Source: Takakia lepidozioides
Taxonomy: Eukaryota; Plantae; Bryophyta
Length of the DNA stretch: 64,000 nt
Assembly: GCA_030704615.1 (NCBI GenBank)
Contig: CM060731.1
Coordinates: forward strand, 56,420,001-56,484,000
Direction: 5' to 3'
The stretch's first letter is position 1, and each line of letters opens with the position of its first letter. A model generated the notes under the pieces. That model searched no databases. It had not been told where the DNA came from and saw only the letters and a list, made by a program, of their open reading frames with translations. The translations under genes were made by a program, and so were the position numbers. Shown here one piece after another: positions 1 to 12,477 of this stretch.

Positions 1-1479
1 TCTTGACCCCCTGGATCTGAACTTGTCATGCTGGAGAGTCTGGCCAATTCCATTGTATAAGATCCCAAAATTGCACTGGACTGTAGTGCAGATCTGCAAC
101 TTTCAGCTTTTGGAAATACTTAGTGGAAACCACAAAGAAGGGAAGGTTGCTTACAGAGAAGTGATACTTCTATCAGTTTTTGAGGACAATGCCGAACATG
201 CTCATGTTGTTCGGTGTCGGTCTGCAAAAGAATGTGGGTCAAGTCTACTGTATAGGGAAATGTACTTCTGAAGACCAAGTTGTCCATGAACTACAAACCT
301 GTGGATTTGGCTTATAGGTGCTTCCGAAAGGGGGTCCGCCAGACAATCAAAGCTCTATGAAGAAAGAGAGATTCCAGCCCCTGAAAGAACCAACACAACT
401 AGTTAAAGAATAGTGACTTACAGTCAAACTTCCAGGAGATCAGTTCTATTAAATGATGTGCAGTGAACAGTAGAAGATGAGAGGAGTGATGGAAGCCCTA
501 GCAGGTTCTACAAGGATTTTAAGCAGAGTCTTACACATCAGAAGCCTACACAACATGGACAGCTCAGTAAAGTTTGTAGTAGATGCCAGCCAAAAAGCCT
601 CGGAAATCAGTATCAGGACTAAACCCCCGGAGGTATGACTAAACTCAGCTGGAGCCATCGCTAGAGCCTACTAACTATAAACAACCAGAGGATTCATCAC
701 ATAGACACCGGTATGCAGCAACCAAAGATACAAGTTGTTCTACAGGATTGGAAGAATGAACGAGTAATGGAGTAACTGATGTTGTGAGGAAGCTGTCAAA
801 TTTCAAGAGCACACTCAACTCACCTGAAAATCATGAAAGGTTACAAGGGAGGGAGGTTGAACAGCTTGAACATCCATAAAAATCTTCACCACCTGCTGCA
901 TGGGTTGGCCTGAAAGGGTCTTCCACTATCATATGGAGGACTTTTAGCATCTTCAGCTTCCACGGACCATTGGAAAATTAGAATTGATCAAGTGCCTCTG
1001 GAGCCTTGCCCTTGGCTGTGTAATCACAATCAAAGGGGATAAAAGACAATTACTTTAATGAAGGGCTAAAAGATTTCCAAAGGGTCATAAATCTAGTTAC
1101 AGTATTCTGGAAAATTGTGGCAAAAGAGTTCGTAATCTACTTAAATAGAAACATCAACATATCTGGAGGTTTTGGCCTGATAAAGCCACTATAACTGGAT
1201 TTGCTGGACGGTATAACCCATTTATGCGAGTCAGATGTGCCCAGCCGGCACTCTCATGAAGCATCACAACAAGGCTTCCCTCTCTATGTATAAGGTTATT
1301 GCCCATGCTAAGATTTTGTGTCGACACGAGTATGAATCTTAAGAACATCAAGGGTGAAAGCCTTCCCTGCACACTGTGATGCTGAAGAAACTCATTTATG
1401 AGAGGACTTCCACGTTATGACCCTTACAGTGACAAGCATGCAAGTACCATAGCACAACACATTCAAACATCAAACTACA

Positions 1480-1860
1480 GCAAATGTATGCACCTTAATG
1501 TTCGCTCAATACGGCTGCACCCTTGCTCCTTTCAGCTACATTTGCTTGAATGTGTCCCTAGCAAGCTCCAGCATGGGTGTTCAGTAGCAGCACCTAAGTT
1601 GTAGCATGCTGTGGATCCAACTGGAGAAGGCGTTTGCCACGTGTTCTGCTAGCTCTACATTACCATGAATTCTGCAGGCACCAAGCAAGGCTCCCCACAA
1701 CCCAGAATCTGCTTGGATCGGCATTTCCTTAATGAAGGCATGTGCCTCATCCAACAACCCTGCACGGCCCATAAGATCCACCATGCAGCCAAAATGCCCC
1801 AACATAGGTGTGACTTTGCAGGAAGATTGGTGTGCTCTACAACCATGTCAGGGAAATCAA
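1480..1860 (-). pseudogene. Degenerate PLS/E-class PPR gene fragment (last PPR repeats plus E domain relic)
   Basis: ORF 1581-1805 reads [51 protein letters not shown], matching the same segment of the PPR at 55104-55949. Downstream the E domain is broken by a frameshift and stops ([11 protein letters not shown]...VHTFAV). Confidence 0.8.
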
Positions 1861-2221
1861 TCACTATACCCCATATCCCCTCAAGGAGAAGGCAATATAC
1901 AATTACATTCGGGACTGAGGAGGAGGGTTCCCTTTTCTTGGGGTGGCCCAAGAAGTTGGCGCCAAAACTTGTGCCATGTAGGTGTCATGTAGGCAAATGA
2001 CCCACTTCCATTTTCTTGGGCTCGGGCCGCAGTGTAAAGCCCTCCGCCGATGGGAACGCTCCATTCTCAGGCTTGGGCCCTACTGTAAAGCGGCCCTTCG
2101 TATGAATCGGGTACAAAGGTTCGGAAGTGAGTGGGAGAAGACGAGAAGACCAGCATCAGATGGACGATCCACTCAAGTAAGCTCTGACTTTAGTGATTCT
2201 AGAGAGGATCTTTGTCCACAA

Positions 2222-5200
2222 ATGGTGGCTATGGTGGCGCGAAAGCCAGATCTAAGGAAGGTGGCGGACAAATTTCGGTGGAGGAAGGCCGAGAAGTCAG
2301 AAAATTCAGGTCCACCGGTTCGGGGTTCTGAAAAATTTTCTTCTTCCACGACAGAAGCGACAATTCCCAAACTCGTTGAAAGTGAACCCGCAAGCCCTGG
2401 CACACCACAGGCCCTGACCGTGCGGAAAACAACAAGCGAATTGCTGCTTGACAGGGGCGAAGATGGAGGAATTGTCGGTTCAGGTTCAACTTTTCACCCT
2501 GGAGGGTTCTGGGTTTGTGACACGGGTCTAGATCATCGCCTGTTTCGTTCTTCTTACTCTTATAGTGCTGCTGTGTCCCGCAGGCCCCTCTCGGCTTCCC
2601 GCGGTCGGAATAAATATCTTTTCTTTTCTTCTTTCTCGCATCGCCTGCCTGAAGTCTTCGAAGTCTTCTTGGTGGGCCTAATTCACATGATGACGATAAG
2701 AAAAAGTAGCAATTAGGCTATGAGCACAGCTTGCTCTTTTGCTCTGTTGTATCTGGTGGCCACCAGGGTAATACCAGTAAGAGTGTAATGAGTCCACTGG
2801 TGGTTATAACTCCACAATCTTTCTGGCAAATTCTTTATTTTGCAGAACTATTACAGGAGGCTGTTTCAGGAAATGACCAATATCTGCATTTTCTGCATTG
2901 GTCAAGCCTCTGTCTGAATCTTGGAACGTGTGATTTTCTACAGGGGGTGTTGGACCGGTTTTAGGCAGTGAAGATAGTGACAGGCAAGGCTTGGCCCAAG
3001 AAGTATGGATGCCTGCGAGTAAAACAAACAGACGTCTTAATGTGGGGCAGCCAAATGTGACCTTAGAAAGGGCTAAAGCTAAACTGAAGGTAGTGAAGGC
3101 TAAGCAGGCAAGGAAGTTGAAGCAGGAATTGAAACAAAATAATTTCAGAGAAATTGAAACCTGTCTTGCTGCAGAAGAAAAATTTGATCCATCCAGCACT
3201 TCTGCAGCCCATGGCAGACGACAGTTACTCAAGCAGGCAGGTGTATTATTGGAGAGAGCTTCGGCGAAGCTCTCCAAGGAGATCACACGAGATTCTATAT
3301 ATGAACTTGAAGCAGAAAGGAGGAGGATATCTTCAGAAAGACAATGCAAGAATGTTCATGCACTTTCTGGCAAGGAAACTGCTGGTGAATTCAATGATAG
3401 TGCAGAACTCATACAGACAAGTGTGCCACTCGAACAAGCTCAAGCAAAGCTGGAGGCAGCTAAAACCAATAATGCAAAGGTGGCCATTCAACAGGCTTCG
3501 AATCAGTTGGTTAGTAGACGGGTATTGGACATGAAGTGTGTAGCTGCTGAACATAGATTTGATCCATCCAGCACATCTGCAGCCCATAACAGGCAAGAGT
3601 TACTGAAGCAGCCAGGTGCATCAGTAGAGAGGGCTTGGGCTAAGCTTGAAGCAGTGAAGGCTAATAGACCTGTTGCAAGTTCTAACAACAAGAATACTCA
3701 TAGAAAGAATACAAGTAGTATATCCTTAGGACGATGCAAGAAGGTTGACTCTCTGACTGGCACAGAAGCTGCCAATAAATTTAATGGTAGTGCAGAACTC
3801 ACACAGGAAGGCATTGCACAAGAAGGAGCTCAAGCAACGCTGAAGGCACCTAACACTGACAAGGCAGAGGTGACCACTAATTGGACTTCAAAAGAGCCAG
3901 TTATTATCCCCATGTTGGACCTGAAGTGCGGCTATGAGCAGACGCAAAGCAAACTGTCTGAGAGTTGTACGGTCATTGGAGGTGGGGTTGGTCCTTCTGA
4001 CAGTGAAGGAGGTAACGTTGATGTCCAGTCAGGGGTAAGGTTACAACAAGCAAGGTCCAAATTCAAAAAATTGAAGTCCAAGTGGGCTAGGACTCTTATC
4101 AAACAGACCCAGACATGTGTCAATAGAAGTATGGCAGAGGCAAAGCAGACTTTGAAAAGGACACAATGGGACTGGAGAGACAGTGAAGATGGTGGTTGGC
4201 CTGCAAGAGCTTCAGCGTATGGGGCTGGTACCATGGTGGAGGAAGCTAGGGCGAAACTTGGTTTGGCAAGGGCCAGCCAAGGGCAGCCATCTAGGCAAAC
4301 ATCTTCAGGGCTATCACGAAAACAGAGACATAGGAGATCTCTTGATGGTAAATAGCCCGTCATAAGCCTACTTTGTATGAGGTGGCTTGTTGTGAGATCT
4401 GTTGGGAAAGAGTGATTTTTCGGAGTGAAGCATGAGTAGTTGTGTATAAGTCTTTCAATTTTGTGCGTGAGGCATTGAACTTGTATTCACAAACTAGACA
4501 TAGACCATGTCTTTGCTGACATCTTCATTTTTCCTGTTTCAGGGACAAATGCCGAAGTACTCGTTGAAAGAGACAGCTGCATGCAGGCATCACAAACATA
4601 TTATAGCACACCTGAGGTTGTTGGACATGTTGATGAAGCTAAAGATTTTGGCACAGAGTTGTCAATTGAAAACCCCCCTGTTGAGGAAGTGAGGCCACCG
4701 CTCAAGAAGACAAGAAGGATGCAGGAAGTGGACGAAATTCCATTGCCAACAGATGCCCTTTTACCCTCTGGGTCCAAGTGGGTCCCACCTGTGTCACCCT
4801 ATGGGCTGATTCAGGAGAGACTTTATCAGGATCCTTGGAAAGTGCTGGTGGCCTGCATACTATTGAACAAAACTGGGGGCCACCAGGTGTGCACTGTAAC
4901 CAGAAAGCTCCGAGCAGTACAATGTTTTTTGATTGAAGCCCTAGCTCATTTGTACTTGAAATGCTAAAACCAGAGTGAAGTGTCGAGCAATGAGTTGGAC
5001 AATTGGTATGTATGTTGGATATGTGTTCTTAGTTTCTTCATTATTGTCATTTCCCTTTGTTGATTGATACTCCCTGATCTCGTCTGTTGTGGAATGGGAT
5101 GTGGAACACAGATGCACAAGGTGATTTGGGACTTGTTTGAGCTGTGCCCTAACCCGGAGGTATGTGTAGCGATGGAGACTCAGAAGATAGCCACCATTAT

Positions 5201-5590
5201 TCACTCACTTGGCCTGCAGAACAAGCGTTCCATAATGCTTCAGCGCTTCTCCCAGGAGTACCTGCGAGGCGACTGGACCCATGTTTCACAGATTCATGGC
5301 ATTGGCCAGTAAGTCATACCCAACTACTCTCTTGTGTGATTGAGAGCACTTTTGGTAACTAAGTTGGAGCTTCCAGTCACTACTATGTAAATGCTTGTGT
5401 ACTTTGTGCTCATTTTATGATGGTTACTAATTGAGAGGATCGTGGATACAGGTATGCAGCAGATGCATATGCCATATTCTGTGAAGGTCGATGGAGAGAA
5501 GTCCGACCAGACGACCACATGCTGGCCAAGTACTGGCGATGGCTGTGTGAAACTGAGGGTTTGGGATATGGCTATTTGAGTGATAGTTAG
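2222..5590 (+). CDS. MBD4L: MBD4-like HhH DNA glycosylase (plant MBD4L, no MBD domain seen), 5 exons, ~774 aa
   Basis: Exons 2222-2483, 2965-4347, 4543-4886, 5112-5308 and 5452-5590 join in frame (2325 nt) via GT-AG introns. The C-terminus has [40 protein letters not shown], the HhH motif [16 protein letters not shown] and RPDDHML (catalytic Asp). The start codon (2102, 2222 or 2231) and the first donor (2478 or 2484) are uncertain. Confidence 0.88.
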
Positions 5591-6219
5591 TACAACTGCA
5601 GGACAAATGATTGCAATTGTTCATCCTAGCTGACTTGTTGCCTGATCTGAATTGTGGACTAAGCAGGAAAAACAATCAGGGTTGGATACGCAAGGGCTCT
5701 GCCATTTGTGAAATTACCCCCAAGATTTACCTCACAATTTGTGAGTCACCAAAAAGTTCTTGTGTAGCTAGGGGTCCATCGATTTGTAGTCTCCACAGTG
5801 CAACTCTGTGCAAAAGTTCGTCAAAACCTGATTGGGCTCTAGTTCAGAAGTGGTATAAATAACTATACCATGATTTTATACGTATGCAATATGCTTGTTC
5901 ACAACTGCCATCGCAATTTTTATTGTAGTGAAGGAAAAGTGTCTCTCCCCTTCAATGGTGATAACACTTTTTTGTAATATTTCTCATGCTATGAATGGAC
6001 CCATCTCTTTCATATTATGTGGTCTTGGAACTTGGCAACTGAGTCCATTCATTACTCTGCAGACTCTTGAAGCTGCAGACACTGCCTTGAAGAGCATGTA
6101 CCTCCGAAATCAAAGACATAATCTAGAAAACCTTATGGAGATATTGAAAGCCTATGTGTTCCAGCTTTGCAGAGAATGAAGGTTGATCCTGAGTCTTTCC
6201 CCTATTCTTGAGGTGTAGC

Positions 6220-6595
6220 TTCTCTAGTTTCAGTCCAGAGTTTCCACATCATCCATCTCTCCCTTTTTTGCCCATACTCCCCATAATACTTTTTGTTCAC
6301 ATTTTACCAGTGTTGGACTGGTATATAGGGTCTGGCCGGGTATCAACCAGGGTATTGAATAACCGACCCGGCTGGTACAATTCCAATACTATGGTTTCTC
6401 TAGTTTCAGTCCAGAGTTTCCTCATCATCCATCTCTGCCCTTTTTGCCCATACTCCCCATAATACTTTTTGTTCACATTTCAACTGCACGACAAGTATTT
6501 ACCAGTGTTGGACTGGTATATAGGGTCTGGCCGGGTATCAACCAGGGTATTGAATAACCGACCCGGCTGGTATTGGCAATTCCAATACTATGGTT
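6220..6595. repeat. Tandem duplication (6220-6395 / 6396-6595) spanning the left end of a hAT-like MITE
   Basis: TTCTCTAGTTTCAGTCCAGAG...CAATACTATGGTT occurs twice. The first copy has two small deletions. Both copies carry CAGTGTTGG (6308, 6503). Confidence 0.9.
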
Positions 6596-7354
6596 GATGA
6601 CCGGACCGTCTGGTATTGCCAAGGCAATACCTGGGTGCATACCCGTATTATGGGCAAAAACAAGGACTATACCATGGTATGAATAGGAAATTGCCTGGGT
6701 GCACAATACGTCAGGGTCAGGGTAAGAGGGTGCACATGTCAGGGAGGGCATGTCCTGCCCGCCACTCATTTCTTACCACTGTAGGGCGCGCCCCCCCCCC
6801 CCTATCCTTTTTTTTTTTAGCACATGTAGGGTGTCTTAGGTGTCTTATGTGTCTTATGTTTATTTGACAATGAGGGTTGCAATCAGTCTTTTTTTTCTTT
6901 TCTTAAGAGAACAGGGGCGGTGCCCTGGCATAACTTTATTTCGAATTATTTGAAGGGAAAAAAAATAAAAACCCTTGATGCCCTAGGGCTGCCATAAGGC
7001 TTAACACACGGTAGGCCGCGTTGGATAATTCCAGAACCATCCCAAGAGTGAACTCTCGAAAAAGATACTATGAACCGACATGGGTATGAGGCCATATCGA
7101 AGACCTTGAAGACTTAGGTGTAAATGCTTCAAGAAACAAGAAACAGTAACGGAAGTAGGTCAGAATCTAGCATAGTGGACAGAACGGAAACAATGAAGTC
7201 GAGGGGTTGGAGAGAGAGCTTGGAGGAGAGGTAAGGAGGTGATGGAGAAGCTATTGCCGATTGGCTAGCAGGAGAAAAGCAACGCATCTACCGGTGGAAA
7301 TGGAGACGGGTAGCTGATCCTACTCTGATGTGCCGCCAATTAATCTCCGATCTA

Positions 7355-10020
7355 TCATACTCTAGGGAAACTAACGAGGTATCCCCTATGTCCTTGCCAA
7401 CATGGGGGAATTGAATCTGCCCAAACACAGGTGAGGCCATCAACTTTACAAATGATTCCGTGCTTGCCCCAGGTAGCTCCGAAGGTGTAGATGAGAGAGG
7501 CTTGTCGCTCAGGCTTCCTTTTGACCGCTGCACAGAGCAATGCCCACGCTTTTTTAGCAGCCACCATGAGATCAAAGAAGACCAGAGTAAGAATTGTCAA
7601 GGCAGATATGTTTTCGTTGTCTAGAGCCCAGGCACATCGTCCTTTCCACATATTCCAGAGGACTGAACTGCGAAGAGCTTCAAATACAGGGTAGACAGAT
7701 GCTGTTGATTTGCTTGATGTACTGTAGTTAAGCAGAATTTCTACAGGTCCTGTCGGCGAATGGTCCCAAGCCCTGTAAAATGAGTGGGCCAATGGCCAGA
7801 TTACACAGGGAGCTAGGCAGTGAAGCAAACAGTGCTCTAAAGTTTCCACCATTTGGTTATTGCAACATCTGCAGATAATAGCTTCTGGGAAGTTCAAGTA
7901 TTGGCCTACTTTAAGAACTCTGTTAGCTATCTGCCAAAAGAAGGCACTCATTTTTGCCGGTTTTGATTTGCTCCAAACTACCGACCATATACCATTCCAG
8001 TTCTCATGTCGAAAGTTGTGATGGCTCCATTTCTTTTCCCATTTAGAGGTTAGAGGCCTGGCTGCAAGAATTGCCCTGTAGCCTTTCTTTGTTGTGTATG
8101 AAAAGAAGGGGTTCAGGTCTTCTTCAAATGACCAGGACCATTCGGCCGGGTCCAACTGAAGGGAGGTTATATCATAACTTCCCAGCAGGAAGAAAGCCTC
8201 TTTTTTGAGCCAATCTTGAGTGGAGGATCCCAAGGGTGCCTTGGGGTTGAATGGCTTACTGGGATCTGACCATTGACAAATGCGGGCATGGGCTGTATTG
8301 GCTGAAAGATGCGTAGGGATGGAAACTAGGTCAGTAGAAATGAGAGAGAGGCACCCCGATGTGTCATTGGCTTGGAAAGAGAATCCCAATATGTTGGATA
8401 TAGTGACCTCGGAGATGTAGAGAATATGATTGGGAATGGAAGAGTCCGGCATTATCCACTGATGGGGTCTAGGGTGACCAGGTCCCTCTTTAAGTAACAG
8501 TTTCCACGAATCTGGAATTGCTTGAATGATGGAGGCGATACCCCAGCGTTCCCAGTGCATGTTGAAGGGATTGTGGGGAGTTGTTCCATAGGTCTTTTAC
8601 TGTGGAAAATCTTCTTGACTCCCACGCTGCCCATCATTTGGCTGCCCTTCGAGATCTATGAAGAGACTAAGGTATTGTTTGGGGGCATTCTCTGAGCCTG
8701 TCTGGAAAGAGACTGTCTTTTGGATCCGCTTGAAATAATGATGAGAAGTGATTGAAGGCTGCGTCGCACATTATCTTAGGAATTGAAGATGTAGATGTTT
8801 GAAGCGGGTCTGTGTAAAGTTCTGAAATGGCTTGGCTGGCTCTACGGAGCTTGAGCTTCTGGAAGAAGTATTTGGACATCTTTTCTCCTTTGGTTGACCA
8901 GTTTATGCCCGCTTGCATCTTCATTTTTTTTTCCCTGAGAAGGTGGAATTGGTCCAGGTTGTATCTTGCCTCTAGATAGGTCTGGAATGTGTGTGCATCA
9001 CAAGTGCGGGCCTCAATCTTTTTCTGGAAAATCCCCAAACATTTTTGAAGTGCTTGGGACTTTCTTTTTTGGGAGGCAATTATCTCTTTACTGAGAGATT
9101 GGCTTGTTTTGCAGGCCGCTGCTAGCTTTTCCTGAAATCTAGCAATTGGGCACTGGATGAGATTGCCAGTGGACAGCTAAGCAGTCTTGAGGTTTTCTGC
9201 GAACGATAGTATTTTGAGGTGTTCCAAGTTTAAGCTTGTAGACTCCTCTTCCTCTAGGATGAGAATTAGGAAGCTTCATTGTGGCCGAAACAAGGGCATG
9301 ATCGAATCCTAGGGGTATGGGTTCTTGGGGACAGGAGAAGGTGCTTGGAGATAGGGAGAGGGACGTATAGGATCGATCTAGTCTAGCCATGCTAAGGTCG
9401 CTGACATCTCTGTTGTTGGACCAGGTAAAGAATGGGGAGGTTCCTGATGGATCTATCGGTGGACGGTCTATTTCTGCTAGGCTATGCGTTTGAGTCAGAC
9501 ATTGCCAGGACAAGTCTTCCTCAGGGCTAAGGTGATGCAAGCCTCTACCTTTCCTATCACATTCGTTTTCCACCATATTGAAGTCTCCAGCCATTACCCA
9601 TCTGTTGATGTCTTGATGTTGAGGTCTATCCCAGAGTGCTGCTCTGGGAGCTGCTTCATTTGGGGCATATATGTTGATGAAGCCAATTGGTTCAGTGTCA
9701 TTAGGGAAAAGGAGAGAGCAAAATTGCACTCTCCCATCCTCCCAGACTTCATCTTTGAGGAGAAACTGCTTAAGGGAGGGGGAGAGGAGGATGGCTGTGC
9801 CTCCTTTTGAACCCTCATAGGAAAGTTTCCAAAGAGCGGAATCTGTAGGCCAGAGTTGGTTTGTAAGGTTTCTAATTTTCCTATTGCATAGCTTGTGTTC
9901 TTGAAGAAAAACAATAGAGAGGGAGGGGAGCAATGGTCTCAGCAAGGCAGATAGCTTGATTTTCTTCAAGGCCATCTGATCCGACCCGAGGCCACGGATA
10001 TTCCAGGAGGATAAACTAAC
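7355..10020 (-). pseudogene. LINE-A ORF2 remnant: APE endonuclease + linker + zf-RVT-like C-terminus, no RT domain
   Basis: 9139-9975 has FLQEHK, INIYAPN, AGDFNMV, FTWSN, ARLDR and DH. 8667-9038 has W..KGEKMSKYFF. 7355-8560 has WSKSKPAKMSAFFWQIANRVL, CRCC...ETLEHCLLHC and LWNMWKGR. The linker joins the post-RT region at ~8665 with no YADD. Confidence 0.88.
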
Positions 10021-12477
10021 CTACATCTGGGGTTGTCGACAGGCTGAGGGGAGAAGACTCATTTGATGGCCTGGATGCGAAGAATCTGAATTTGATTCTT
10101 TTTTCTGACGGGATGAAGGAGGGTGACCAATAGTGGCTGGTGGATGCAGTGAAAATTGGTTTTTTGAGATGGACAAAGCCTCTCATTTTACAATAATTGG
10201 GACGTTATGGCACATGCGTGAGCTGACTGGTGGGCCCCGCACACGGACGCCCGGCTCCCCCACCCGGAATCCCCCCCGCCCGCACTCCGCCGCGCCCCCA
10301 GTCCGCCCGCCAAAAAGACTGCCCTCCAGTCTGCTATCAGTCCGCTGGCCTCCAATCTGCCCTCCAGTCCGCTTCCCCTTAGTCTGCTATCAGTCCGCTG
10401 GGCTCCAGTCTGCCCTCCAGTCCGTGGCCATCCAGTCCGCCGACGGCGCCGGATCTGGACCGTCGACCATTTCAAAACCCATCCGAGCCCTCCTTTTTTA
10501 GGGCTGGGAAAATCTAGCCCTTGCCACCAAAACCGGCCTCTCTCTTATGAGGGCTCTTTGTTGTCGGATGTTGCGGAGGGCGTTTCCACGCCGTCTTCTT
10601 CTTGTGCACGAGCGACGTTGATGATGATGAAGGGAGTGCCTGAACATGACAGGACTGGCGAGCCGGCTCTACAGCCACCATCGTGCATATGCTTCCACTG
10701 TTTTGGCCTTCTTGTTGTGCTTTAGGGAAGGTTAGGCTTTATGGTATGCTTGTATGTAATAAAATCACTACTGCCTTATCTGTCCTCCATATCGTCATCT
10801 GCTTCTGGTCCCTCATGATACCCCTTCGTACTGCAACGGACCCCATGAGGGCAGAAATCGTGGAAGCATATGCACATGGGGGCATGCAGATTTCATATCG
10901 GACGATGGAACTGTTTAGGGGACAAAGTAAAACGGCGTGCAAGAGCGTGCAGAAGTTTAGCATAATGGAAATCCCGAAGATCCAATGCTTTGTCAAGGAT
11001 CCAGATCACATGATAGACAATACTCCTCGTCTCAGCGGACAAGATCCTGTCCTACGGTCCTCAAACATCCATTTACACCTGCGGAACCACGCTGAGACAT
11101 GTGCTGACATTCCGCAAGTGTGTATGGATGTTTGACTGGTAGGACTGGATCATGTCCATTGACACGATGAGGACAGTTGAGGACAATCGAGTTTCTTGTT
11201 TACCCTCTGTCTCTTCTCCCGTCAGTCTTCTCGCTTCTTCTCTCCTGAGTCTATTGAACCGTCCGCGGGCGAGACACTGGATCTGTATTGATATCAGAGA
11301 CTCACTTTATCATTCTGTTATGCTACGAGTCTGTTTGCGTTGGCTCTGGTGGCCCACCACTGCATTGGATATGATGCTTTTATGCTCAGTTTCGCCTCTC
11401 GATGGTGACCTGAAAGTCAGTCTCTTCCAACATCTGTCTGTCTGTCGGACGCCACTTTATCAGTCTCTTGTGCCGCTAGTCTGTTCATAGTGGGTCTGTT
11501 CGGCCGGACTTTGCACCACGTCCAAGTCTCCTGCACCAATTAAATCATCTTTTGCAGGACAAAGGCTCTCTTGGGACTGCTGGACTGCCACTTCAGTCTA
11601 TTCGACTGTCGCAAGTCTGTTTATACTGGGTCTATTGGGCCGTCCACATCAGAACGTGGGAGTCTGGTGGACCCTCTTAAATGTGACAACGGCGGCAAAC
11701 ATGACAATCGCTCTCTTGGGATATCAGTCTGTTCGGCTATCAGTTCGCCAAGTCTGGTGTGCGGCAAGTCTGTTTGAGGTGGGTCTGTTGGGCCGTCATT
11801 TCAGCACGTCAAAGTCTGCTGGTCAACGCTGCCCGATAGCTGGTTGCAGCAGCAGTCTGTTGGGAAGTTTGTTGGGAAGTGGGCACCTGGCAGTCTGCTG
11901 GATAGTGGGTCTGTCAGACCTATTAAATGCGTAGACGGCGCATGCGGCCCCAATGATGCACAATGTTCTGCATGTCCGCTGGACACTCCGTCCGCTGAAC
12001 AGTCTGCTGGAGAATGGGTCTGCTGTCCGTCTTAAATGCATGACGGCGCTGCCGTCGCCAATGATGACACGCCACGTCGTTCTGCATGGCCCGTCTGCTA
12101 TTAGTTTGAACTTCTTCTTCACGCAAGTCGTGTGGTCTTCCGATGCGTCTCTCTGCCCTTTTCATGCGCATTTTCGTTTCAGTGCCCTCCATCTCCATTT
12201 CCCGTTGTTGACCCCGCCTCGGTCTGTCACGACCACTGCGAGCAGACCGCCCTTCTTCCGCAGATTTAGAGAGTCCTCCCGAGCTCACAAGCGTCGCGAA
12301 TACAAGGGCTCCTGTAAGTACGCGACGGTTCCTCCAACTACAAAGTACTCTTTCTCATATTATTTGTTCTTCATGTTCTTCTTGTGTTTGTCCTCGCCTC
12401 TTCTTCCACTGAGAGTTTTTCCTGTTGTCTTCAGTCTTCTCGCATAGTTTCTTGTTCGTTTCCAGTCTTTTGAATCG

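Noticed and set aside
1-1150. Possible degenerate retroelement coding sequence
   Set aside because: No recognisable motif, terminus or sustained ORF, so I cannot support a call.
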